From the sequence record DRR723986_22395: 53,066 nucleotides of DNA; one strand, written 5' to 3'. Below, piece by piece: positions 18,684-28,280 of the stretch (positions within the stretch are counted from its first letter, which is position 1; each line of letters begins with the position of its first letter). The translations under genes were made by a program, and so were the position numbers. Under the pieces are notes generated by a model, which worked only from the letters and a program-made list of their open reading frames with translations, had not been told where the DNA came from and ran no database searches.

Positions 18684-21131
18684 ATGTCCCAAAATTTCCA
18701 ATCATCCTCCGCGACTTCTTCTAATTCCAGGTATAGACCTATCGGTCAAATAGAAAAATGGCAGCAAAATGATAATGGTATTACTGCAGAAAGTGCTAAT
18801 GCCCGTATCAAAATCAGTCTGGTAAAAGATGGAATAATAAGAGTTCAGTCTACACAAAACAAGTCCTTCGATTCAAATCCCTATACGGTGCTACCTGATG
18901 AAAATTCTGTGGAATTCTCAATTGAAGAAAAAGATGATAAAATCCATCTGAAATCAGCCTTGATACATTTTCAGATTGAACTCAACAATGGGATTTGTTC
19001 ATTTTTTGATTCAAACGGCACTTTATTAAACAAGGATGATTCCTTGGGAATCTCCTGGATTGGCACCGAAGTAACTTGCTATAAGGAAGTTCAGCCAAAC
19101 GAAAAATTCATAGGACTTGGGGAAAAAACAGGCAACCTAAACAGATTTGGAAATGCCTATGTCAACTGGAACACTGATTATTTTGCATACGGCATAAGCG
19201 ATGATCCATTATACATGAGTATCCCATTTTATATAGGAACGCATGAAAAGGGATCGTATGGGATATACTTTGACAATACGCACAAATCAGTTTTTAACTT
19301 CGGTGCTTCTTCGGACCGTTTCGCCTATTTCAATGCAGAGGATGGGGATATGGATTATTATTTCATTCATGCTCCTTCAGTAGCGGAAATAATATCAAAC
19401 TACACTTCTTTGACTGGGCGAATGAAAATGCCTCCCAAATGGGCTTTAGGTTTCCAACAATGCCGCTATTCCTATTATCCAGATAAGGAAGTTTACGCTG
19501 TCGCAAATACTTTTCGGGACAAAAACATGCCAGCTGATGTAATCTACCTAGACATTCACCACATGGAGAAATACAAGGTATTTACCTTTGATGGAGAAAA
19601 ATTCCCCGACCCAAAAAGTATGATTGCTAAATTGAAAGAGCGAGGGTTTAGAGTTGTTGTCATTATGGATCCAGGTATCAAAACAGAAAAAGGATACCTC
19701 CCATTTGATGAGGGAAAATCCAAAGGATTATTCGTCAAATATCCTGATAATAAAGATTACATAGCTCAGGTATGGCCTGGGTCGTGTGCATTCCCTGACT
19801 TCACTAAGGAGGAAACCAGAAAATGGTGGGGAGAAAAAATGGAGTTTTACACCGATGCGGGTGTGGATGGATTTTGGGCAGACATGAACGAACCTGCATC
19901 CTGGGGACAATTTACTCCCAACCTCATCGAATTTGATTTAGATGGAAACCCTGCTTCTCATCGCCAAGCAAGAAATGTCTATGGAATGCAAATGGCAAGA
20001 GCTGTCCAAGAAGGTGCTCTTTTGCAAAATCCTAATAAAAGGCCTTTTGTATTAACTCGATCAGGCTTTGCTGGAGTACAAAGATTTGCGGCTGCGTGGA
20101 CTGGCGACAATCAGTCCAGTGAAGATCATATGCTTGCTGGTGTACGGCTGATCAATAGCCTTGGATTAAGTGGGGTTTCATTTTCCGGCTTTGATATTGG
20201 TGGCTTTGCTGGAGAAGCGAGCAAGTCTCTTTTTGCCAGATGGATGAGCATCGGAGCATTTACTCCTTTATACAGGGCTCACTCCATGATCAATACAAAA
20301 GATGCTGAACCTTGGTCCTTTGGAGAAGAAGTAGAAGAGATTTCCAGGAATTACATGAAGCTGAGGTATAACTTGATTCCTACGATTTATAGTAAAATGT
20401 ACGAGTCCACACGAAATGGGCTACCAATTTCATCAAGTTTGGCAATTTCAAACGTACAAGACCCAAAAATATACGAGTCGGCATTCCAAAATCAATACTT
20501 ATTCTGCGATACTTTTCTGGTAGCTCCAGTAGAAAGCACCAAAGCAATCACAAAGGTTTACCTTCCAGAATCAGAGTGGTATTATTTATTTTCTGATGAT
20601 TTGCATAAAGGAAACACTACAATTTACCAGGATTGTCCTTTAGCATATTTACCAGTTTACGTCAAAGGAGGAAGTATTTTCACCTGTCAATCCGATTTGC
20701 AGTACACTGATGAAAGTCACAATGGAATTCTTTATGTTCATGTTTATGCTGGAAAAGAAAATGGGACATTTCTTCATTATGAGGACGATGGAGAAAGTTG
20801 GGATTTTGAGGATGGAAGATATCATTCCAGGAGTTTTGCTTATAATTCTTCCCAAGGCTCATTGGCTATGGGGGAAACTAGTGGAGAATTCCAAACTGCC
20901 TATACTATGATGAAAATCTATTTCCATGGCTTCAATAATGAGGAAGTAGAAATAAATGGTTGCTCTGAAAAGTTAAATTTTGAAGATTTTTCCTTTGTGG
21001 GAAAATTATCTGAATTTGATCCTCTTCCAGATCATGAAAATAGATTTTTCGAAATAAAGAACCTTGCCCACCTGACAATTCCATATCCTGAAAATGAATT
21101 GATAATCAAAGGATTAAAAATTAAAAAGTAA
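18684..21131 (+). CDS. GH31 alpha-glucosidase
   Basis: GLGEKTG, PPKWALGFQQCRYSY, GFWADMNEP nucleophile, WTGDN, FDIGGF. No signal peptide. Confidence 0.93.
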   Translation: MSQNFQSSSATSSNSRYRPIGQIEKWQQNDNGITAESANARIKISLVKDGIIRVQSTQNKSFDSNPYTVLPDENSVEFSIEEKDDKIHLKSALIHFQIELNNGICSFFDSNGTLLNKDDSLGISWIGTEVTCYKEVQPNEKFIGLGEKTGNLNRFGNAYVNWNTDYFAYGISDDPLYMSIPFYIGTHEKGSYGIYFDNTHKSVFNFGASSDRFAYFNAEDGDMDYYFIHAPSVAEIISNYTSLTGRMKMPPKWALGFQQCRYSYYPDKEVYAVANTFRDKNMPADVIYLDIHHMEKYKVFTFDGEKFPDPKSMIAKLKERGFRVVVIMDPGIKTEKGYLPFDEGKSKGLFVKYPDNKDYIAQVWPGSCAFPDFTKEETRKWWGEKMEFYTDAGVDGFWADMNEPASWGQFTPNLIEFDLDGNPASHRQARNVYGMQMARAVQEGALLQNPNKRPFVLTRSGFAGVQRFAAAWTGDNQSSEDHMLAGVRLINSLGLSGVSFSGFDIGGFAGEASKSLFARWMSIGAFTPLYRAHSMINTKDAEPWSFGEEVEEISRNYMKLRYNLIPTIYSKMYESTRNGLPISSSLAISNVQDPKIYESAFQNQYLFCDTFLVAPVESTKAITKVYLPESEWYYLFSDDLHKGNTTIYQDCPLAYLPVYVKGGSIFTCQSDLQYTDESHNGILYVHVYAGKENGTFLHYEDDGESWDFEDGRYHSRSFAYNSSQGSLAMGETSGEFQTAYTMMKIYFHGFNNEEVEINGCSEKLNFEDFSFVGKLSEFDPLPDHENRFFEIKNLAHLTIPYPENELIIKGLKIKK

Positions 21132-21150
21132 GGTTTTACATTAACCCAAA

Positions 21151-22470
21151 ATGACCCTAACAAAAAAGAAATTAAGCTTCTGGCAAATCTGGAACATGAG
21201 TTTTGGATTTCTGGGAATACAATTTGGTTTCGCCCTGCAGGGCGGTTTCATGTCACGTATTTTTCAAACCTTAGGGGCCGACAAAGATGCCATTCCATTT
21301 CTATGGATAGCAGCACCACTGACTGGTCTATTGGTTCAGCCCATCGTAGGATACTTAAGTGATCACACGTGGCATCCTAAGTTTGGCAGACGGAAACCGT
21401 TTTTCTTTGTAGGTGCTGTGCTCAGCACAGTGGCACTATTCTTCGCTCCTTATTCATCTGCACTCTGGATGGCTGCTGGAGCACTATGGATTTTAGATGC
21501 CTCTATCAATATTAGCATGGAGCCATTCAGAGCCTTGGTAGCTGATAAACTTCCCGAATCTCAGCGATCCTATGGATTTGTAGTGCAAACTTTGATTATA
21601 GGCATTGGAACATGGATTGCATCCAACCTGCCCTGGTTTATGACTCAATTGGGAGTTCCTAATACTGCAGCATCTGGGGTAGTTCCTGATTCAGTAAAAT
21701 ACGCTTTTGCTGTGGGTGCATTGGTGTTATTTTCTTCTATCCTTTATACCATATTAAAAACTGAAGAATATCCGCCTGAAGACATGGATGAATTCGAAGC
21801 TGAGAAAAACCAAGGGTTCTTTAAAGGCTTATCAGAAATCATTCAAAATATATCGTCCATGCCCACGGTGATGAAGCAGCTCGGCTTGGTACAGTTTTTC
21901 TCCTGGTTCGCTTTTTTTACAATGTGGAGTTTTGCTACTCCAGCCATCACCGAGCATATCTTTGGAGCTACAGATACTACCAGTGTGGCCTACAATAATG
22001 CCGCAGATAAAGTAGGAAATTACTTAGGTACATATGGGTTAGTCTCCATGATGTATGCTTTGGTACTCGCCTTTTTTACTAGTAAGTATAAAATCAACAG
22101 GAAACTTCTTCATTTGGGAAGTTTGATTGCAGGAGGTTTAGGATTCATTTTGATATATTTCATTCAAGAGTCCTGGATGCTTCATATTTGCTTTTCTTTG
22201 GTCGGGATAGCTTGGGCAAGTATTTTATCTATGCCTTATGCGATGCTCTCTAGCTCTGTTGACCCTAAAAAAATGGGGGTTTTCATGGGGATTTTTAACA
22301 TGTTTATAGTCATTCCTCAAATTGTTGCAGCCCTAGGAGGAGTTAATTTCCTTTACAAATTGATCTTTGGGGAAGCCGTAATTAACACCATGCTATTAGC
22401 TGGAACTTTATTAATTCTGGCCGGACTAAGCAACTTACTTATTACTGATAAGCAGGCTACACATGATTAA
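21151..22470 (+). CDS. MFS sugar transporter (MalT/SLC45-like maltose transporter)
   Basis: WNMSFGFLGIQFGFALQ, GRRKPF, DASINISMEPFRA, MGIFNMFIVIPQI. Confidence 0.9.
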   Translation: MTLTKKKLSFWQIWNMSFGFLGIQFGFALQGGFMSRIFQTLGADKDAIPFLWIAAPLTGLLVQPIVGYLSDHTWHPKFGRRKPFFFVGAVLSTVALFFAPYSSALWMAAGALWILDASINISMEPFRALVADKLPESQRSYGFVVQTLIIGIGTWIASNLPWFMTQLGVPNTAASGVVPDSVKYAFAVGALVLFSSILYTILKTEEYPPEDMDEFEAEKNQGFFKGLSEIIQNISSMPTVMKQLGLVQFFSWFAFFTMWSFATPAITEHIFGATDTTSVAYNNAADKVGNYLGTYGLVSMMYALVLAFFTSKYKINRKLLHLGSLIAGGLGFILIYFIQESWMLHICFSLVGIAWASILSMPYAMLSSSVDPKKMGVFMGIFNMFIVIPQIVAALGGVNFLYKLIFGEAVINTMLLAGTLLILAGLSNLLITDKQATHD

Positions 22471-22546
22471 TTTTCTTAATATTTGACAAGCAGTTGTTGA
22501 GTAAAAAATTGGTTTTCTATTTTTGTCAAATCACTTTACCTGATTT

Positions 22547-23419
22547 ATGAAAACCCTTAGAATCACCGGAGTTCCAGAGCATTTTAATTTCCCTTGGAAA
22601 AAAGTAGTTGCCAAACAGCCTTTTGAGAAGGAAGGTGTTAGGCTTGAGTGGAACGACGAATCAAGAGGTTCCGGACAGATGAATAAAGATCTAAGAGAGG
22701 ATAAGTGTGATATTGCCATTGTGTTGACAGAGAGCTTTCTCAAAGATTTCGAAGCAGGAAACCCATCTAAAATGATAGGCTTCCATGTCCAATCACCATT
22801 GAATTGGGGCATTCATATTTCAGGTGGTTCTTCTGTAACTTCTTTGGAAGAGATCAAAGAACACGATTTTCTCATCAGCCGAATCGGTTCGGGATCGCAA
22901 TTGATGAGCTATGTATTGGCAAAACGTGAAGCTTGGGATCCTAATCAGCTAAATTTCAAAATAGTTAACAATCTACCTGGAGCGCTGGAAGAGATGACTC
23001 CAGAGAAACCAGAAATGTTTCTCTGGGAAAAATACACGACTAAACCTTGGGTCGAATCAAAACAAATGAAGCGAATTGGAGAAGTACCTAGCCCTTGGCC
23101 TTGTTTCGCAATCATTGCAACTAATAAAGCCTTAGCAGAATTTGGGGAGTTAATAGTTAACTTAAGAGACATTGTTTATGCGGAATCCAAAAGCCTCCAG
23201 ACCAGTTCCTCAGCCATTGCGGATATCGCAAAAAACTATGAACTAAATCCTAATGATGTGAAGGAATGGTTTGCTCAAACATCCTGGGCTACTAATCCTG
23301 AAATCTCAAAAAGTAAGCTAATCGATGCGATGAAAATAATGAAAGAATTAGGGATTATTACCGAAGAACCCCGACTTGAGGATTTTCTTACTAGTGAACA
23401 CCTTTTAATTGTTGATTAA
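22547..23419 (+). CDS. Type-2 periplasmic-binding-fold protein (NMT1/THI5-like), no signal peptide
   Basis: GVPEHFNFPW, SPLNWGIH, SRIGSGSQLM, FLWEKYTTKP, PWPCF. TATTTTTG promoter at 22518-22525. Confidence 0.75.
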   Translation: MKTLRITGVPEHFNFPWKKVVAKQPFEKEGVRLEWNDESRGSGQMNKDLREDKCDIAIVLTESFLKDFEAGNPSKMIGFHVQSPLNWGIHISGGSSVTSLEEIKEHDFLISRIGSGSQLMSYVLAKREAWDPNQLNFKIVNNLPGALEEMTPEKPEMFLWEKYTTKPWVESKQMKRIGEVPSPWPCFAIIATNKALAEFGELIVNLRDIVYAESKSLQTSSSAIADIAKNYELNPNDVKEWFAQTSWATNPEISKSKLIDAMKIMKELGIITEEPRLEDFLTSEHLLIVD

Positions 23420-25348
23420 AACGTTACTGGCAGGTAGTTTCACACCTACCTGTGTTCCTTCACCAGGTTGGCTAATAATAAATAATTCACCATCATTCAT
23501 ACGAGTAAATTCCTTGCAAATCTGCAACCCTAAACCAGATCCTTTTTCCATTTTGGTACCTAATTTAGAATCCGAAATCACATAATCGGTAGAGAGCAAT
23601 TCATTTATCTGAGCTTCGTCCATACCTATTCCTTGATCTTTTACATACCAAGTAATCAAGCCATTATTTGCTTCCCCTGAAAGCTGAATAGTATCCCCTG
23701 GCTTAGAATACTTTACTGCATTATTTAGGATATTCCTGATCACAATTTCGATCAAATCCCGATCCGCATAAACCTGTATATCTTTGAATGAAGAGGTGAA
23801 TTCCACCTCCAGAGACTTCTCCCTTAGTTTAGGGCTGATTAGTTTAATGTTATCACTAACAAGCTGATACAAGTCAAAATCCACCTTTTGAAGTTTAAAA
23901 CCTTCCATTTGAGCTAGAGACCATTTTAGGGTATTATTGAGGGTAAAATACACCGTATCCACATCCACTTTTAAATGTTGAATAAGTTCATCAAATTCCT
24001 CTTGACTCAAATGGCCCAATATCAATGAGTCAACAATAGACTTCACTTGACCAACCGGCCCTCTTAGGTCATGCCCAATTATAGAAAAGAGTTTGTTTTT
24101 AGTCTGATTGATTTCTTGGAGTTGAATAGATTTAGTTTCCAAATCTTCATTCTGCTTTCGTATTTGCTGCTTTTGAAGAAGCAAGCTTGTATTGTATTTC
24201 TTGATATTTCTGTTTAGATAAAACAGCCAAACCATCAGTGCCAAAATCAAAACAGAACCTCCACTAACTAAGAAGATTATTTTTCGGTTTAAAGCCAATC
24301 TAGTGGCTTGATTCTCATTCTGCGCTACTAATAGTTCTAGTTCAGATTGCTCCAAGTCATCCTGAAACATCCCCTGCATTAAGGCCAGCCTATCCCTGCT
24401 TGACTTATTTACTATGGAATCATTCAAGGTGATAAACTTGGATTGTTGCTCATAGGCATTTTTATAATCCCCAATTTGCCGATAGTAGTTTGCTAATGAT
24501 TTATGACTTTTTGATAACTCGTCAATTAGGCCATTCTGCCCAGACACCTCAATTCCTCTAAGTAATACTTCTCTGGCCTTTTCATACTTTCCATTCAAAA
24601 GATACGTGTCTCCAAGCCTGTAAAACAAGCTTGCTTGTAGAGTGAAGATGCCTTGGGATATTCCATTTTGTAGCGCCTTCTCGTATATCTTCTCAGCTGA
24701 ATCCAACTGATTTCTAGAAAAGTAAACATCCCCTAAGACACGATTTGAAAAAGAAAGCAAATATGGCGACCCTGCACTTCTATTTGCCTCAATTGCGATA
24801 TTTGTATAAGCTAAAGCTGAGTCCAGTTCATTGATTCTTAAAAAGTTGAGAGCAACATTATTAAGACTTCGAATCATAGTATAGAGATCTCCTACTGTAT
24901 CACTGATTTCATAGGCCTTCTTAAATTGAACTATAGCCATAGAATAGTTTTGCTGTTCATAATAAAGCGCTCCCATACTATTCAATACTCTAGCTGCTTC
25001 TGCCAAATTATTTGCATCTACAGCTAATTTATAAGCTTCCTTGGAGTAATTGAATGATTTCTGCCACTGTCCTCTACGGTAAAATATCCAGCCTAAATTC
25101 TCTTTGGCTTTAGCTTCTTCAGATGGGTTATTGAAGGATTTTGCTAGTTTCTCAGCTTCGGTAGCATAGGTAAAAGCTTCTTCTTGCTTTATTTCTCGCA
25201 GGTAAAATGACAATTCATTCAAAATAGTCAACCTTTCCTCTCCTTTTGTGGTAGGAAGTATCTGCTTCAGGCTGTCAATAGCCTGACTTTGGGCCGCAGC
25301 ATTAAAGGATATGCTGAGTAGAAAAAGAAAGAATAAAATTCGCTTCAA
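23405..25348 (-). CDS. TPR-containing sensor histidine kinase
   Basis: Signal peptide (TTG start), TPR helices, TM, H-box FSIIGHDLRGP, N-box NILNNAVKY, DQGIG, GSGLGL. Confidence 0.93.
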   Translation of the reverse strand: MKRILFFLFLLSISFNAAAQSQAIDSLKQILPTTKGEERLTILNELSFYLREIKQEEAFTYATEAEKLAKSFNNPSEEAKAKENLGWIFYRRGQWQKSFNYSKEAYKLAVDANNLAEAARVLNSMGALYYEQQNYSMAIVQFKKAYEISDTVGDLYTMIRSLNNVALNFLRINELDSALAYTNIAIEANRSAGSPYLLSFSNRVLGDVYFSRNQLDSAEKIYEKALQNGISQGIFTLQASLFYRLGDTYLLNGKYEKAREVLLRGIEVSGQNGLIDELSKSHKSLANYYRQIGDYKNAYEQQSKFITLNDSIVNKSSRDRLALMQGMFQDDLEQSELELLVAQNENQATRLALNRKIIFLVSGGSVLILALMVWLFYLNRNIKKYNTSLLLQKQQIRKQNEDLETKSIQLQEINQTKNKLFSIIGHDLRGPVGQVKSIVDSLILGHLSQEEFDELIQHLKVDVDTVYFTLNNTLKWSLAQMEGFKLQKVDFDLYQLVSDNIKLISPKLREKSLEVEFTSSFKDIQVYADRDLIEIVIRNILNNAVKYSKPGDTIQLSGEANNGLITWYVKDQGIGMDEAQINELLSTDYVISDSKLGTKMEKGSGLGLQICKEFTRMNDGELFIISQPGEGTQVGVKLPASNVLINN

Positions 25349-25370
25349 GAAGTCAGTTCTATTTTAAAAA

Positions 25371-25425
25371 TTAAAAAAACAAAAACAACTAGTTAAAAAA
25401 CAAAAATAACCAGTTAAAAAACAAA
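25371..25425. repeat. Imperfect tandem repeat, about 2.5 copies of TTAAAAAACAAAAATAACCAG (period 21-22)
   Basis: Units start at 25371, 25393 and 25414. Confidence 0.6.
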
Positions 25426-25455
25426 GAGACAGGAATTTAAAAAATCATTCTTGGA

Positions 25456-26241
25456 TTACTTTTTTAAATCATCCCAATCCCAATCTTTATTTAGTTGTGT
25501 AATTGCATGATGGGCTGTCAAATCATATTGGCATGGAACTATGGAAACGAAATTATTGGCAATGGCCCATTCGTCATTATCCTCGCCTTTGTCAAAATTC
25601 ACAAAATTTCCAGCTAACCATAAATACTTTCTACCATTCGGATCAAAACGTTCGTCAAACTCCTCCTGCCATTTAGCATCAGCTTGACGACAAATTTTCA
25701 CCCCTTTGATAGCTTCATTTTGCTTCGGCGGAAAGTTTACATTAAGTGCAATCCCTTTTGTCATTCCTTTTTTAAGTACCTGACGGGTTATTTTCTCCAC
25801 CCATTCTTCTATATGAGAGAATTCAGCCTTTGAGGAAAAATCACATAAACTAAAACCAATCGAAGGATAACCTTCCATTGCCCCTTCAATTGCCGCAGAC
25901 ATAGTGCCAGAGTAAAGAACAGATATCGAGGTATTTGAGCCATGATTTATCCCACTCACGATTAAATCTGGACTTCTATCCTTCATCACATAATGCTTCG
26001 CCAATTTCACGCAATCTGCAGGAGTACCACTTGACTTGTAAGCTTTTACTCCATCGAAAATATCTACCTCTTCTAATCGTAAAGTTTCTCCTATGGTAAT
26101 GGCGTGCCCCATACCTGATTGGGGGCTATCGGGTGCTACTACCACCACATCTCCCAATTTCTTCATTACAGATACGAGAACACGTATCCCTTTCGAGGTG
26201 ATTCCATCATCATTCGAGACGAGAATTAATGGTTTGGACAT
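25456..26241 (-). CDS. surE: 5'/3'-nucleotidase SurE
   Basis: ILVSNDDG, QSGMGHAIT, GTPADCVK, SGINHGSN, YSGTMSAA. Confidence 0.97.
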   Translation of the reverse strand: MSKPLILVSNDDGITSKGIRVLVSVMKKLGDVVVVAPDSPQSGMGHAITIGETLRLEEVDIFDGVKAYKSSGTPADCVKLAKHYVMKDRSPDLIVSGINHGSNTSISVLYSGTMSAAIEGAMEGYPSIGFSLCDFSSKAEFSHIEEWVEKITRQVLKKGMTKGIALNVNFPPKQNEAIKGVKICRQADAKWQEEFDERFDPNGRKYLWLAGNFVNFDKGEDNDEWAIANNFVSIVPCQYDLTAHHAITQLNKDWDWDDLKK

Positions 26242-26904
26242 TTAATTTTGATTCAATTCGTTGTAATAGGCTGTGATACGCAGTAAATCTCCTCTTTTAT
26301 CATAATCTAAGCGATTTTTGCGCATAAAAAGAGATATTTGGTCATCATGACCTGGCAGCATTTCAAACAGATCTTTCTTTTTCAAGCTGTACTGTTCAAT
26401 CTTACCATTTTTCAAAAAATAGTAATTAAAAGCTAACTTTTGACCCACCATCATTGACGGGGGACCATAATAAGGGTTCATGCCATATCCCCCCATCATT
26501 CCATAGTTCCCCATTCCTCTAGAATCAGTAGCTACGTACTCTCTGCATAGTAAGGCAAGTTCTTCCCCTTGTGTCAGCACTTCAAAGAATATAGGAGTGG
26601 CATAATCGTTCTCAAAAGCATAAGGCAAGCTGTAGAATTTACGTACACCACCATACACTTCATCAAAAAACTCAAAATAGGTGACATTCGTCGATGTAAA
26701 TGTCTCAATAGTTTGGTCTTGCAACTGAACTACGTTGTTATCCAAATCATACTTGATTTTTCCTCCATATACCTGTCCATCTGTGGTATAGATATTCCCT
26801 TTGTGCCATAATTGTGAAGGGAATTGGTTCTGTGCAAAAGCAGCAGCTATACTCAAAAATAGTATGCTAAGGGAGAATATTACTTTTTTCGCGGTTTCCA
26901 TCAT
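26242..26904 (-). CDS. Secreted hypothetical protein
   Basis: 220-aa ORF with signal peptide (AAAFAQ), abutting surE. Confidence 0.75.
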   Translation of the reverse strand: MMETAKKVIFSLSILFLSIAAAFAQNQFPSQLWHKGNIYTTDGQVYGGKIKYDLDNNVVQLQDQTIETFTSTNVTYFEFFDEVYGGVRKFYSLPYAFENDYATPIFFEVLTQGEELALLCREYVATDSRGMGNYGMMGGYGMNPYYGPPSMMVGQKLAFNYYFLKNGKIEQYSLKKKDLFEMLPGHDDQISLFMRKNRLDYDKRGDLLRITAYYNELNQN

Positions 26905-26983
26905 GTCTGAGTTTACGGAATATTACGTGGCAGGTTAATTCTCAATACCAGATATTGACAAATATCAATACAAGAACATCAAT

Positions 26984-28195
26984 TTACTTTAAAATATTGT
27001 GCCCCATTTTATCCCGCTTAGTCTGAAGATATTTTTCATTATGCACATTTGGACTTATTTCTATAGGAACTTGCTCCACGATTTGCAGACCATAGCCTAG
27101 GAGACCCACTCTCTTTTGAGGGTTGTTGGATATCAGACGTAATTTACTCACATCCAGATCACGTAATATCTGAGCTCCTACCCCATAGTCTCTGCTATCT
27201 GAAGGAAGACCAAGCGCTAGATTCGCCTGAACGGTGTCCATGCCTTCTTCCTGTAATTTATATGCTTTCAACTTATTAATTAAACCAATCCCTCTTCCTT
27301 CCTGATTCATATAAAGAATAACACCTTTCCCTTCTTTCTGAACCATCTGCATGGCAGCATGCAATTGGGGACCACAATCACATCTGCAGGAACCGAAAAT
27401 ATCACCCGTCATACAAGAAGAATGCACTCGAACCAATACTGGCTCATCCTTATCCCATTTGCCCTTTACCAACGCTAGATGTAGCTCTTGAGTATTGGTT
27501 TGACGAAATGCAATTAATTCAAAATCTCCAAAATCTGTAGGAAGCTCTACCCCAATCTCACGCTTGATGAGAGACTCATGCTTCAATCTATAGGCAATTA
27601 AATCTTTGATAGAAATTAGCTTTAGATTAAATTTCTTAGCTACCTCTACCAAATCTGGGAGTCGGGCCATAGTCCCGTCCTCATTCATTATTTCCACCAA
27701 AACACCTGCTGGGGAAAATCCAGCCAAACGCGCTAAATCAATTGCTGCTTCAGTATGTCCTGCCCTTCTTAATACCCCACCTCTTTTAGCTTTGAGGGGA
27801 AAAATATGACCAGGCTTTCCTAATTCGCTCGGGTCTATAGAATCATCTACGAGGGCTTTGATTGTATTGGCTCTATCCGCCGCAGAAATACCTGTAGTAC
27901 ACCCATGACCGATCAGGTCAACGGAGACCGTAAAAGGAGTTTCATAAGCAGCGGTATTATTCCCTACCATTAACTCGAGACCAAGCTTTTCACAACGATC
28001 TTCTATAAGAGGAGCACATATAAGCCCACGCCCATGAGTCGCCATGAAATTGATGATTTCTGGAGTTACTGTGTCCGCAGCACATACGAAATCACCCTCA
28101 TTTTCTCTATCCTCATCATCTACTACGACAATTACTTCTCCGTTTTTGATAGCTACTATAGCATCTTCAATCGGGTCCAGAATATATTTTTCCAC
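26984..28195 (-). CDS. ribBA: Bifunctional DHBP synthase / GTP cyclohydrolase II
   Basis: [50 protein letters not shown] start, TAAATTTG promoter at 28228-28235. Confidence 0.97.
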   Translation of the reverse strand: MEKYILDPIEDAIVAIKNGEVIVVVDDEDRENEGDFVCAADTVTPEIINFMATHGRGLICAPLIEDRCEKLGLELMVGNNTAAYETPFTVSVDLIGHGCTTGISAADRANTIKALVDDSIDPSELGKPGHIFPLKAKRGGVLRRAGHTEAAIDLARLAGFSPAGVLVEIMNEDGTMARLPDLVEVAKKFNLKLISIKDLIAYRLKHESLIKREIGVELPTDFGDFELIAFRQTNTQELHLALVKGKWDKDEPVLVRVHSSCMTGDIFGSCRCDCGPQLHAAMQMVQKEGKGVILYMNQEGRGIGLINKLKAYKLQEEGMDTVQANLALGLPSDSRDYGVGAQILRDLDVSKLRLISNNPQKRVGLLGYGLQIVEQVPIEISPNVHNEKYLQTKRDKMGHNILK

Positions 28196-28280
28196 GAAAT
28201 TTGTGTTTGAATTAGTATTAAGAAAAGCAAATTTACACGCTTTCCAATCTTAAACAGGAAGAAGCCAAATAAAGTTTGGT

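Noticed and set aside
25371-25425. CRISPR array or iterons
   Set aside because: Units are contiguous with no unique spacers, and there are no cas or rep genes.
28196-28280. FMN riboswitch before ribBA
   Set aside because: The leader after the -7 element is only ~30 nt and has no RFN motifs.
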